From NCBI GenBank assembly GCA_038087875.1, contig CM075990.1:7628001-7692000 (forward strand): a stretch of DNA of 64,000 nucleotides, given 5' to 3'. Of the stretch, positions 1 through 13,008 are shown piece by piece; the first letter of the stretch is position 1; every line of letters begins with the position of its first letter. The translations under genes and the position numbers were made by a program. The notes under the pieces are model-generated. The model did not search any database, was not told the origin of the DNA, and saw nothing but the letters and a program-made list of their open reading frames with translations. Origin of the DNA: Malacoraja senta (lineage: Eukaryota).

Positions 1-840
1 GAGTGGCGGGTTATGTTGTTGGTCGTATGGTTCAGTTGCTTGATAACAGCTGGCAAGAAACTGTCCCTGAATCTGGAGGTGGGCGTTTTCACACTTCTAT
101 ATATCTTGCCGGGGTGCGACCTGATTATGCTGGTGGCCTTGCCGAGGAAGCGTGAGTTGTAAATAGAGTCAAAGGAATGGAGGCTGGTTTGTGTGATGGT
201 CTGGGCTGCGTCCACAATTCTTTGCAATTTCTTGCGGCCTTGGATGGAGCTGTTCCCACCATTATAGACAATAGACAATAGACAATAGGTGCAGGAGTAG
301 GCCATTCGGCCCTTCTCCCGCCAGGGATTATTTATTGTAGAATTTAAGCCATCGGCCATCATGTTTTTGAGATGTAGGAAGAAACCAGAGAGCCAGGTGG
401 AGGGAGAGTGGTGGGACCCATGTAGTTATAGAGAGAACCTGCAAACTCCACACTGAAAGCACCAACGATTAAGATTGAATCCAGGTCAGTGAAGCTGTGG
501 GGCAACAGCACTACCTGCTGCATCACTATGGCACCTGCTGTTGAGGTTTTTCTCTGTATGAATATGTACTGAGCTATCGAATCAGCACTGATCCTAGTAT
601 TCAGATATTCCCTCTGCTATAGTTGTGTCTGTTAGTTCATCATCTTGATGACTTAATTTTATCTTGTCATTTGTAGCTTAAAATAAACCTTCTGTAATCT
701 TTTCACCCTGCAAGGTAATTTTGTGTAGGAGTAAAGACCTTATTAGTGTTAATCATTAAATACTTCTGATAGTGTTCATCCACGTTCAGTTGACAACATG
801 CATGTCAAAGATCGGTGAAAACTTTGACTCCTGCCCATCA

Positions 841-972
841 GTCTGAAGAAGGGTCCCGACCCGAAACGTCACCCATTCCTTCTCTCCAGAGATGCTGCCT
901 GTCCCGCTGAGTTACTCCAGCATTTTGTGTCCGTCGTCGGTTTAAACCAGCACCTGCAGTTCCTTCCTGCAC
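841..972 (+). mobile_element. Penelope-like pseudo-LTR with a hammerhead-like core (representative of about 15 arms in the window)
   Basis: CTGAAGA-A-GGGTC-CC-GACCC-GAAA-CGTC at 843-870. Related arms near 5000, 5480, 14341, 19181, 36070-36475, 45830, 53565-53790, 57560, 58750, 59418, 59935-60150 and 62080. Confidence 0.7.
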
Positions 973-1327
973 ATTCTCTGTGTAAACGCTGTGAATTTTA
1001 TTGTCGAGGTTTGATGTTCAGGAATGTTTAATTGTCATATGCACCAACAGCGGAACAATGAAATTCTTAATTGCAGCACTACGCAAGCTTGTGAGTGCAA
1101 TGCACACAGATAATATAAAATAAGTACAAATTCAATCCATTATAAACCACTAAACAAGTGCAAAAGAGAAACCTAAAGTCCTTAATGCAACCAAAGAAAG
1201 TCCGTAGATGTTCATGTTCGAGGTCTGTGTTGTGTAGTGTTCATGAGCCTGATGGTTGTTGGGAAGAAAGCTGTTCTTTAACATGTTGGTCACAATTTTC
1301 AGAATTGGAAATGGTCGAGAATGTTTA

Positions 1328-1666
1328 AGGACCTGTCCCACTTTCCCGAGTTATTCACAAATTCTCCCGAGTGTTCAAACTCGCAGACAGTTCGTAACGA
1401 GTCCGTAGGAGTCCGTGGATATATCGTAGCGGCTCGTTATGCCAGCCGTAGGTACTCGGGGCATCAGGTAAGTCGGGACGTTTTTTCGGCCGGGTGAAAA
1501 ATGTCCATGAGTAAAACAATAGCCCCAAGTACCTACGGCTGGCATAACGAGCCGCTATGATATATCCATGGCCTCCTATGGCCTCCTACATACTCGTTAC
1601 GAACATTCTGCGAGTTTGAAAACTCGGGAGAATTTGTGAATAACTCAGGAAAGTGGGACAGGCCCT
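1328..1666. mobile_element. PIF/Harbinger-like MITE, subfamily A
   Basis: Long TIRs (aggacctgtcccactttcccgagttattcacaaattctcccgag and its reverse complement); tta/taa flanks. Confidence 0.8.
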
Positions 1667-4600
1667 TAAACTTTCTCGAACATTTCCAAGTTGTATGTCG
1701 AAGCAAACTTGCTGAACATTTTTCCCCAGCCAGACTTCAATTTTCTGAGCCATTCTTTGTCCATCAACTGTGACCAAATAATATAATCACCCATAACCAT
1801 CAGTAATTCTATCCACTGATAATTGTGGTGCATTAAAAATTCCACTTAGCCTAAAGCGTTCATTAATTCACTTGAATATGTTTTCAAACTCACTGCACTG
1901 TACTTGGCTGAAACATTAAAAAATGCATCATTTGGCCACAGCTTAACAAATCCTTGATGGTCATTATCAGGTCAAAGCCTTGATCATTTGCACATGCTTT
2001 TGTATTAAAGTCGTTGTTTTCTGTCAGTGGACATAAAGACATAAATTAAATATTAGCTGGGCTATCAATTCTTCATTCACCTTTCAATACTGTGTAGCCT
2101 TCTTGTCTGTGGCTTCTTGCTATTCAGGTTTCCTCTCTGTGAACGTCACATTATTGGATTTGCTTCAATTAATTACCTTGGAAATCAGACTTGCATGCTG
2201 ATAAATGGGTCTATTTTTCTGACGACGAAAGCATTTTGCCATTTTAAACTGACACACACACACACACACACATGATGGACGGGATCCATTACCATTACAG
2301 TATATCTGCAGCAACAATCTATGGGCATCTCCCCCACATTTATTGGAACTGCGGGTCCCAGTTCCACTGTATGGCCTCATAGAGTGATACAGTGTGAAAA
2401 CAGGCCCTTCGGCCCAACTTGCCCACACTGGCCAACATCTCCCAGCTACACTAGTCCCACCTGCCAGCGCTTGGCCCATATCCCTTCAAACCTGTCCTAT
2501 CCATGTACAGTGCCCTTCATAATGCTTGACCCAAAGACCCATCCTTTATTTATTTGCCTCTGTACTCCACAATTTAAGATTTGTAATAGATAAATTCACA
2601 TGTGGTTATAGTGCACATTGTCAGATTTTATTAAAGGCCATTTTAATACATTTTTGTTTCACCATGTAAATTGTCCCTAGTGTGCGTAGGGTAGAGTGAA
2701 TGTGCAGGAATCGCTGGTTGGTGCCGACTCAGTGGGCCATCTCTAAACTAAACATGATCATGGTCGATCGACAATGATTTCAACTACTCCTCTCTTCCTG
2801 TTTTCCATTCCCCTTAATTCATCGTTCTTTCAAGCTTATATCTTTCTCCATCTTAAATATTTCTAATAATGTTGCATGTTGCAGTTGCAGTTGTACCAGA
2901 CATTGATGAGGCAGTGTTTAGACTATTGTGTTCAGTTCTGGACACCATTTTACAGGAAAGATCAAGAGTCAAGAGTGTTTTATTGTCATATGTCCCAGAT
3001 AGAACAATGACATTCTTACTGTGTGATGTGGTTAAGCTGGAAAGGGTACAAAGAAAATTTGCAAGGATGTTACCAGGACTGGAAGATCTGAGCTCTCGGG
3101 AGAGGTTGAGTGGACTGGGACTCTATTGCTTGGAGCGCAGGAGGATGAGCGGTGATCTTATAGAGGTGTATAAAATCATGAGAGGAATAGATCTTGGAGA
3201 AAACCCATGCAGGTCACAGGGAGAAGATACAAACTCCATTCAGACAGAACCCGTAGTCAGGATTGAAACCGGGTCTCTGGTGCTGTAAAGCAGCAACTCT
3301 ACCGCTGCACCACCGTGCTGCCCTGTTGAATGGTACGGCAGGCTTTTGGGGTCTGGTGTACCACTTCCGTTCCTATTTTATGGTAACCTTAGGCATACTG
3401 CAATTTCACCTTGCATTGGATGGAATCTTTAATATTACTCCATATTTGCTCGAGTGACATTGCTGGAACGATATGAGATCCTATACATTTAATAGCTTTG
3501 ATTTAATTTGCTCATTGATTAAACTGCAAACAAATTTGTCACACAGCGCTGTGTCCCAAAAACATCAGGTTAGAGTGGAGCAGACAATTAGAGATAGAGT
3601 TCGGGGATGGGGCCAGTGCACACCTGGAACAGGGATTGTTCGACGTACCCTACAGAGGCAGACATAGAATGCCCATGGGTGCGCCTTGCACTTGGAGGAA
3701 GATGGAGGGTTCGAAGGAGACGTCGTTGAGAGCTTTAGAGATAGGGTTTGTGGATAGGGCCAGTGTTTAGAGTTAGATCATATGATCATAAGTGATAGGG
3801 GTAGAATTAGGCCATTCGGCCCATCGCCTACTCCGCCATTCAATAATGGCTGATCTATCTCTCCCTCCTAACCCCATTCTCCTGCCTACTCCCCATAAAC
3901 CTCTGACACCCGTAATAATCAAGAATCTATCTATCTCTGCCTTAAAAATATCCATTGACTTTGCCTCCACAGCCTTCTGTGACTAAGAATTCCACAGATT
4001 CACCACCCTCTGACTGTAGAAATTGCTCCTAATCTCCTTCCTAAAAGAACGTCCTTTAATTCCTTTAAGTCCATTAATAGAGTTCGGAGAGAGGGCCAAT
4101 GTAGAGATAGCGTTTGGGTTAGAGTGTAGAGCATTGTTAGAGTGGAGCATCGGATCAGACTGGAAAGTGATCCTTCAACACTAGTCTATGCTCGCTAACT
4201 ACCTCTCCTGATTTTAACTCTTCATTCCAAATTTGTAACTCTCTGGAATTTCCAACAGTGCAGGACAAAAATGATCCCTTTGTTTCTCCAGAGTTCTGCT
4301 CAACATCCTTGGGCTTCCGTGGCAACAACAGAATTGTAAACGTGGTTGATTTGGAACCGGTCCCAGCTGTTCACGTTTCTGTATCATAACGTTCTGGGCC
4401 CATGCATTCCTAAAATGAACCATTCATCAAAATGATCTTGTTTGCTCTGAGGAACATTTCTGAAAAATCAAGTTGATTCATTGAAAGACTCAAGCACTAG
4501 ACAGTACTCAACACTCAAGTACAGTTCACGTTCCTGTATAACAACGTTCTGGCCCGGTGCATTCCCAATATCCCCATTAATCAAAACCATCTAATTTGCT

Positions 4601-5891
4601 TTGAGGAACATTTCCGAAAAACCGTTGATAAATTGAAAGACTCAAGCACGATTATGCCCCCAAATCTTCCAATGTACCAATGTGCTCACCAAAATGGCGA
4701 AAGCTTCGCAATGCAACTGCAGAAGCTAGAATGGAAATTTGCCAAATCCATTTGCTCAAATCTGTGCCTTCGTCGCCGCCAATTTGTGCTGGGTGCGTGC
4801 GCTCATTCACTAACTGTGAGAAGTGCAGCAAATATTAACATGAAGGGACATGGAGTGTAGGATAGTGTTAGTGTGCGGGGATCGCTGGTCAGCGCTGACT
4901 CAGTGGGCCGAAGGGCCTGTTTCCGTGCTGTATCTCCAAAACTAAAACGCAAACCTTATGCCCTGATGGCTGGGTATCGGTAAACGTCAACCCTGAGTAG
5001 GAAGGAACTGCAGATGCTGGTTTACACTGAAGATGGACACTAAATGCTAGAGTAACTCAGCGGGACAGGCTGCTTCTCTGGAGAGAAGGAATGGATGACG
5101 TTTTGGTTTGTGGAGCCAATGCTTAGACTATAAGGAGCATCAGTGAAATTGTTAGTTATTCGTCTGGTCACTGCTGTTTGTGCCTGTGCTGCAACCATTG
5201 TGCCACTCTAAGGAGAGAGGTTGAGGAGAAATCCTTTCTTCATGAGATGCTGCAGTCAGATGCCCCATTGTAGAAGTGGTGTTCAGAAATCACAGCGCAG
5301 GCCTGTGACTGGACTATGTACTTGACCCTATGGTAGAGGTCTCCAGCCATTGCTATTGACTGTCTCCTTGTTGGGCCTTGGCTTATCATTGTGGCTGCAG
5401 TAGAGATGACATTATCAGAGCAAGGTGTGTAATTAACAGGTGATGAAAAAGAAGCAAGCCGATACAAAGTGAGATGCAAAATGTTGGAGTAACTCAGCGG
5501 AGAAGCTCAGTACCTCTGGAGAACATGGATGGGGTGACATTTCGGGACAGGGCCCTTCTTTGTTACTTTTTACTGTCATGACTGCATGGTAAAATCATGT
5601 GACAAATAAATGTGAACGAACTTGAACTTCAGACAAAGTGAACTTAACTATTAAGTATTCGAAAGTATTTATACAAAAAGTTGTTTTAATTTGTAAAATA
5701 TTCTTCAGATACAAAGTGAACAAGGTTCTTTTTATGGTACTTTTATTTTACCTTGCACAAGCAATAATCAGTAAGTGTGTGCCCTTGTGTGACTCTACAC
5801 ACGTCTTATACTTGAGTGAGTTACCACATCTGACCCTGAGCATATATATGAGCCTATACATGATATTTTATTGGTAATGGCAATGGTTTCG

Positions 5892-6186
5892 TTTTAGAGA
5901 TACAGTGCGGAAGCAGACCCTTCTGCCCACTGGGTTCCTGCCGACCAGCGATCCCCGCACACTCATGCTATCCTACTGAGGACAATTTACAATTATACCA
6001 CGCCAATTGACCTGCAAATCTGCACGTCTTTCGAGTGTGGGAGGAAACCAGAGATCCCAGAGAAAACGCACGCAGGTCACGGGGAGAACATGCAAACTCC
6101 CTGGGGACAAGCACCCGTAGTCAGGATTGAACCCAGGTCTCTAGCGCTGTGAGGCAGCAACTCTAACGCTGCGCCACCGTGCCGCC
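5892..6186 (-). mobile_element. HE1-type V-SINE just upstream of the NRG3 exon
   Basis: Reverse complement of the same consensus. Other copies at about 8845-9150, 9155-9455, 16930-17240, 28615-28890, 35228-35528, 37495-37775, 45615-46112, 46512-46827 (minus) and 59678-59935 (plus). Confidence 0.88.
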
Positions 6187-6271
6187 GGTTTGCTATTGCC
6201 ACATCTGCTGGGATGGAGTGAGAGACTGTGTGTGAGTGTGTGCTCCTGTGTGGGACGTTGGGTTCCAGTCA

Positions 6272-6299
6272 CTGACCCTGCCTCTCTCTATGTCCGCAG
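6272..6299 (+). promoter_or_regulatory. Branch point, polypyrimidine tract and 3' splice site of the NRG3 exon
   Basis: CTGAC at 6272-6276 (branch A at 6275), then ccctgcctctctctatgtccgcag. Confidence 0.8.
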
Positions 6300-6429
6300 C
6301 TACCACCACCGACACCACAGAGAGGTCGGAGCACTTTAAGCCGTGCACGGACAAGGACCTCACCTACTGCCTGAACGAGGGAGAGTGCTTCATCATCGAG
6401 ACCATCAATGGGAATAACAAACACTGCCG
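6300..6429 (+). CDS. NRG3: Internal coding exon of a neuregulin-3 (or NRG3-like) gene: N-terminal part of the EGF-like domain (Cys1-Cys4)
   Basis: Translates to TTTDTTERSEHFKPCTDKDLTYCLNEGECFIIETINGNNKHC(R), matching the NRG3 signature ERSEHFKPC-DKDL-YCLN-GECF-IET----KHCR. Acceptor ccgcag ends at 6299 after a pyrimidine tract; donor CG|gtaggt at 6430. Phase-1 start, phase-2 end between Cys4 and Cys5, as is typical for ErbB-ligand EGF modules. No other NRG3 exon recognised in the window. Confidence 0.93.
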
Positions 6430-7315
6430 GTAGGTGTGTGTGTGTGTGTGCTGCCCCCAAGCCTGAGAGAGCGTCAGCCTCCTCACGACCCCAGCCTGCG
6501 ACTGATAACAACACAGTCCGTCAACCCTTGGTGTGGAATGTATTGGAACTGATCATGGACCATCCAGTTCAGCCAGCATGCAACTGGTGTGTTCTCCTAT
6601 CTAGTTTAACTAGCAAAGATTAGAATGGGAAGGCCCTGTGTTCATGGTTTAGTGTTTTACTGGACCTCAGTTATCGCCGCTGTTTTTTACTGAGTGGTTG
6701 TAATTGAAGGGCTTGCAAGGATCTGAGCTCAGCTCAACAAAAGAGCATAAGAAATAGAAGCAGGAATCATCTGCTCAATCCCCATAGTCAGTTCCAGCCT
6801 TCAATGGCTGACTGGTTACCTTAATCTCACTTCCCTGCACAACCCTCTCGATTAATACCTCCAAAATTAATCAATCTCCGTCTTACGCATACTCAGTTCC
6901 TGAGCCACCACAGTTCCTAGTTTCATCGACTCATAGGTGAAGACATTTCTTCTCATTACAGGTCCGACCCATGATTTTGAATCTGTGATTCCTGGTTCTG
7001 GTTTCCCGATTGGGGAACCCTCTTCCCTCCAATGTTAAGCATGACAATTTGCCTGTTTCATCCACAGATCCATGACAAAAACTAGACAAGAGATTTTTTA
7101 ATGGTTTACTTGTGGGATGTGGGTGCGGCTGGAAAGGTCAGTGTATTTTTCCCACCCCTAAATGTCCTTTCTTGAAAGCTGCTTTCTTGAACGGCTGTAG
7201 TCAGGGAGAAGGTGTTCCCAGAAGGTGCAGTGGATTCCAGCCTGTAGGCCCAGTTGCAGTGAAGACCTGACAATATATTTCTAGACCAGTTTATCTAGTC
7301 GAGTCTAGTTATTAT

Positions 7316-7562
7316 AGGGCCTGTCCCACTTTCACGACCTAATTCACGACCTCTGCCGAGTTTGCCCTTGACTCATACTCGCAGCATGGTCATCACAAGG
7401 TCGTAGGAGGTCTTAGGAGGTCGCAGGTAGGTCATAGCAGGTCGTGATGCTAGTCGTAGGTACTCGTGGCATCAAGTAGGTCGGGGCATTTTTCTAGCAT
7501 GATGAAAATTGTCCACGAGTAAAAAAGGTTGTGAATTAGGTCGTGAAAGTTGGACAGGCCCA
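7316..7562. mobile_element. Harbinger-like MITE, subfamily B
   Basis: TIR agggcctgtcccactttcacgacctaattcac and its reverse complement. Confidence 0.8.
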
Positions 7563-8808
7563 TTATTGTCATGTGTACCAAGGTATAGTGAAAAGCTTTT
7601 GTTGCATACTAACCAGTCATACATGATTTCCAAGTCGGGATGGAGCAGAACCTGTAGATGGTGGTCCTCCCATCCATCCACCTGCTGCCTTGGACCTTCT
7701 TACTGATAGAAGTTGTGGGGTTTGGAGGAGCTACCAGGAGATCAAGGCAAGGAACAGCAGTGAATTTTGTGAACAGTACACTCTTCCGTCACTGTATTCC
7801 ATCAATTGGCTGGGGTGGGGGGGTGAGGGGGTGGGGGGTTGGGGGAGGTGGGTGGGATGGGTGTGGATGGGTTGCCAGCCAAATGGGTTACTTTGTCCTC
7901 GACGGTGTCAAGCTTCATAACTGCTGACACCGTCGAGGACAATAAAGCAAGTGGAGCAGATTCCAACATACCTCTGACTTGTGCTTTGAAGGTGGTGGAA
8001 AGGCTTTGGGGTATCAGGAGGTGAGTCACTTGTTTCAAGGTACCTAACCCCTGACGTGCTCTTGCATCATTTAAATTATGCCGGTCCAGTTGATTTTGTG
8101 ATCAGTCAAGAGTTAAGAGAGTTAAATTGTCGTATGTACACCGGTCAGTAGTCAATGGTGTTTTATTGGTCACATAGGCAGCTGCACAGTGACATTCATT
8201 TTGCATATATTGCATATTTTTGGCGCCGTTATTCAAAGTCCAAAGTCCGGTTGGCCTGCGCGCTCGATGTACTGAAGCGGTTCCCGGGAACCGACGTGCC
8301 TCTCCTCTCCTCTCCTCGCCCGGCCACCTTTGTGTCCCGGGGGACAACAATGGAACAATGAAATCCTCACTTGTGGCAGCATTACAGGCCTGTAAACGCA
8401 ATACGTATAAACACATATCATAAACAATCAAAAATAATGAATTAATAACCCCAATACTCAGAATTAATAACCCCAATGCAAAGAAGCCCAGTACAGTCCT
8501 TAGTGCAACCAAGACAGTCCACTGTTTATAGTTCAGTGAGGTGTCCCTGGTGTTAATGTTGCCGGTCCAGGCGATGGGAATGCTGTTGAGTCCCAGGAGT
8601 TGGTGGTTAAAACCGGACCAGTTGGTGAAGGCCATTACTTGTCATTTTTGTGGCCAGATACATTAGCCAAGAGTGTTTTATTGTCATATGTCCCAGATAG
8701 AACAATGAAATTCTTACTTGCAGCAGCACAACAGAATATGTAAACATAGTACACTGTAAACAATATAGAAAACGAGAAAAAAAGTTCAGTGTGTGTATGT
8801 ATGTATGT

Positions 8809-8841
<33 letters not shown>

Positions 8842-10031
8842 GGAGAAACAGCATGGAAACAGGCCCTTCAGCCCACCAAATCCAAGTTGACCATTAATCA
8901 CACATTCACACCAGTTCTATGTTATTCCACTTTTTCATCCACTCTCTACAAACGTGTGGCAATTTACAGAGGCCAATTAACCTACAAACCTGCACGTCTT
9001 TGGGACGTGGGGGGGAACCGGAGTACCTGGAGGAAACCCACGCGGTCACAGGGAGAACTTGCAATCTCCACATGGGCAGCACCAGAGGTCAGGATTGAAC
9101 CCGTGTCTCTGGTGCTGTGAGGCAGTGACTCTACCCGCTACTGCACCACTAGTTTTAGTTTTAGAGATTCAACGCAGAAGCAGGCCCTTCTGCCCACCGA
9201 GACGGCACCGACCAGGGATCCCCATACATTAACGATATCCTACACACACTAAGGCCAATTTACATTTATACCTCGCCAATTAACCTACAAACGTATATGT
9301 GTTTGGAGTGTGGAAGGAAACTGAAGATCTCAAGAGAAAACCCACGTAGGTCAAAGGGAGGACGTACAAACTCCGTACAGACAGCACCCGTAGTTGGGAT
9401 GGAGCCTGGGTCTCTGGCGCTGTAAAGCAGCAACTCTACTGCTGCCCCACCGTGCCTCCCTACCCAGCTGGGATAACGGCAGTAAATCTGTCTCAGTGTG
9501 TAGGGTGCAAACGTGAGCTGAAATGCTGTGCTCCTTTAACTCTGCACGCAAGAGGACTTGATCGCCGGACCCATGAACGTGGAGCACGGCACAAGTCAGC
9601 TCGTGATGTCTCATTAGGGACCGACATCAGCTTGGAGTTTTGCATAGATCAAGAGTTAAATCAAGGACACAGGTTCTTTGGTGAGGCTGGAGACAGCTGG
9701 ATGAGTGTGGTGTCTGGAGCTCTGAGCTTTGTAATTAAACCCTGGAGATTCTGGTCTGCACCAAACACAAAACTCCATTTAAATTCTAGGTCATAACTCC
9801 TGCAACTAGATAAATGGGCGTCTGAAATAAACCTGCTGAATATTCATTGTCTGTGCAGAATGCAACGTGATAGAACAAAGACAACTGGATGAAAGAAGCT
9901 CAGAACTGAGAGAGGCTTGCCTGCAGTAAACACACAGCCCCTGCAAACATCACCCACCTTGCCTCAGGTAGCCAGACTGAGCACATTCTGCCATGCTAAC
10001 CCTACCCATCACAGACCCTCTGGTCACTAGC

Positions 10032-10330
10032 TCACACTGACCCCGTGAACTCTAACCCATGGTGACCCTGTGAACTCTACCCCACACTGACCCTGGGAAC
10101 TCTACCCCACACTGACCCTGCGAACTCTACCCCACACAGACCCTGCGAACTCTACCCCACACTGACCCTGTGAACTCTACCCCACACTGACCCTGTGAAC
10201 TCTACCCCACAATGACCCTGTGAACTCTACCCCACACTTGGCCTGTTCCCCACACTGACCATGTCCACTCTACCCCATACTGATCCTGTACGCAGTTCCC
10301 TACACTGACCTTGATCCTTACACTGACCCT
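10032..10330. repeat. 25-bp minisatellite
   Basis: Unit cccacactgaccctgtgaactctac, with degenerate edges. Confidence 0.9.
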
Positions 10331-11100
10331 GTCCACAATTGCCACTCAGAACTGCCCCTACAACAGTGCAGCCCTCTCTCACATCTGCCCCATGCGACAA
10401 TGCAGCATTCATAGAACTGCCCCTTGCAACGATGCAGTAATCTCAGAATGACAGCATACTCCCTCCCCCAGTGCATTGGTGCCTCAGTGCCATCACAGCC
10501 CATATAGAGCGCGGGCTAATTAGATATGAGAGGTGATAAAGGATTTTCTAAACAGTGGTGGAAGAAGGCCAGGGAGCTGCACCAATGGGAAATAGACTAA
10601 ACGGGATATAACCAACATTTAGTTTGGAAACAGAATACCCACAGCTTGGGATGAAGACCAATTGTTGTCACTCGTAGGGATCAACTGCAAATGATGCTGA
10701 GGAGGGAGAAATCAAGGAATCATTTAGAAGCAAATCTACGAAAATAGGGCAACAGATCATATAGATAAGTAATGGAGACTTGTCCTTTTGGAAGGTTTCA
10801 ACTATCTAGAATAAATTTGCATGAAGATATACTGGAAGGAGGAAGAGGGAATGGGTTTACAAGATTCCCCTCATGCATAGCTCATAAAAAGCCCAGCAAG
10901 CATGAAATCTCTAATATCGCTGGTAATTCGAAAGGAAAAGAATGAGTCATCAAGGAGTATCTCAACAATAATGATCAGGACATAATGCAGAATGGAACTT
11001 ATGCTTTTTTTTTATTGGCAAACAACACAATGGAAATGGAAAGTACTTATATCTTTATCTGCAGAGATCAGGAGAAATAAATCCTGCCAATAAGCTGGAA

Positions 11101-11228
11101 TAAAGGACTCACAAGCATCATGAAGGTAGAGCATTGTGAGATAAAGGACTCACAAGCATCATGAAGGTAGAGCATTGTGAGATAAAGGACTCACAAGCAT
11201 CATGAAGGTAGAGCATTGTGAGATAAAG
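11101..11228. repeat. Perfect 41-bp triplication
   Basis: taaaggactcacaagcatcatgaaggtagagcattgtgaga at 11101, 11142 and 11183. Confidence 0.95.
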
Positions 11229-11366
11229 AGTTCAACGGAACAATCAAAGAATTTAAAAGCAAAATGGAAGCTTTTGACAGATGCAAAGAAAACAGAAAAG
11301 AATCTCACCAAGTTCTACGCATGCGCCAGGGAAGACATTTTATCGGGATGCTTCACTGTTTAATTT

Positions 11367-11708
11367 CGGCGACAGATGGCGCAATGGGCTAAGTGTTCGG
11401 CTGGCAACCGGAAGGTAGCCGGTTCGAATCCCGCTTGGAGTGCATACTGTCGTTGTGTCCTTGGGCAAGACACTTCACCCGCCTTTGCCTGCATGTGAAT
11501 GTGTGTGAATGTGTGTGAATGTGTGTGAGTGATTGGTGGTGGTCGGAGGGGCCGTAGGCGCAGATTAGCAGCCACGCTTCCGTCAGTCTGCCCCAGGGCA
11601 GCTGTGGCTACAGAAGTAGCTCACCACCACCGAGTGTGACTGAGGAGTGAATGAATAATGCGATGTAAAGTGCCTTGAGTATTAGAAAGGCGTTATATAA
11701 ATCCCATC

Positions 11709-11737
<29 letters not shown>
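11367..11737 (+). mobile_element. tRNA-derived CORE-type SINE with an L2-like tail, distinct from HE1
   Basis: A box tggcgcaatgg, B box ggttcgaatcc, CORE-like tgtgtccttgggcaagacacttcacc, tail tgtaaagtgccttgagtattagaaaggcgttatataaat plus (ATT)n. TSD ttaattt (11360-11366 and 11738-11744). Confidence 0.85.
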
Positions 11738-11742
<5 letters not shown>

Positions 11743-13008
11743 TTGGGAATAAGACCGCAAGAAATAGCAGAGAATTGTGGACGTAGCCCAGACCATCTGG
11801 GTGGTGGAGGCAGGTTCTCTGGATACTTTCAAGAGAGAGCTAGATAGGGCTCTTAAAGATAGCGGAGTCGGGGGATATGGGGAGAAGGCAGGAACGGGGT
11901 ACTGATTGGGGATGATCAGCCATGATCACATTGAATGGTGGTGCTGGCTCGAAGGGCCGAATGGCCTACTCCTGCACCTATTGTCTATTGTCTATCACGC
12001 AATCCAAGCTCCCTTCCACTGATCTACACTTCACGCTGCCTCGGCAAACCCACTGCATAATCAAGGACCAGTCTCACACTCCCGGACACTCCCTCTTCTC
12101 CCCTCTCCCATCAGGAAATAGGTACAGAAGTGTGAAAACGCATTCCTCCAGGTTCAGGGGCAGTTTCTTCCCAGCTGTTATCGGGCAATTAAATCATCCT
12201 ATCACCAACTGGAGAGCGGTCCTGACGTGCCTACCTCATTGGAGACCCTCAGACTATCATTAATCAGACCTTACTGGACTTTATCTTGCACTGAATGTTA
12301 TTTGCTTCATCCTGTATCTGTACACTGTGGACGGCTCGATTGGAATCATGTATAGTCCTTCTGCCAAATGGATAGCATGCAACAAAAAAATCTCTGCAGC
12401 ATATTCATTATATTTCAGTACCTCGGTATATGTGACAATAAACTAAACTAACGAACAAACTAAGAATGGCTCAGAAAAATGTCCAGATAAGTCCCTAAGA
12501 ACTCTACTAAATAACATAAATATTAAAAGAATGATATTTTGTTGGCATTTAGTAGATTAGCAGTTAGAAGAAGTAATCACGTAAGGATAGGTTATAAATA
12601 GTTGCAGAAAGGACATTAATTGGTAAAATGAGCCTGTGTGTCTAGGTAGATTATGTCTGTGCATATTAAAACGATGTTGGGAAGAGATAACAGAGGCTCA
12701 ATTAATCACATATAAGTTCTTAGACAAGGATTTATGTGGGCAGATTGGGACGTGAAATTTCATTGGCAAATCAAATTCAAGACAATCCCAAGGCATTTTA
12801 TACCCACATTAAGACGATAACTAGGGAGTTCAGTTCAGTTTAGTTTAGTTTATTGTCATGTGTACTGAGGTACAGTACAAAGCTTTTGGTGTGTGCCATC
12901 AGGTGAGTGGAAAGACAATACATGATTACAATCGAGCCATTTACGGTGTATAGATACATGATAAGGGAATAAGGTTTAGTGCAAGGTAAAGCCAGCAAAG
13001 TTCGATCA

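Noticed and set aside
6236..6433. 65-aa single-exon ORF as a complete gene
   Set aside because: Only 6300-6429 is bounded by splice signals and NRG3-like; the GTG start and TAG stop are intronic.
7808..7872. G-quadruplex-forming G-run tract as a functional element
   Set aside because: G4 potential is evident, but it sits in degraded repeat-like sequence with no support for function.
11367..11440. tRNA gene
   Set aside because: The A/B boxes belong to a SINE head followed by CORE-like body, tail and TSD. The same applies to the HE1 heads.
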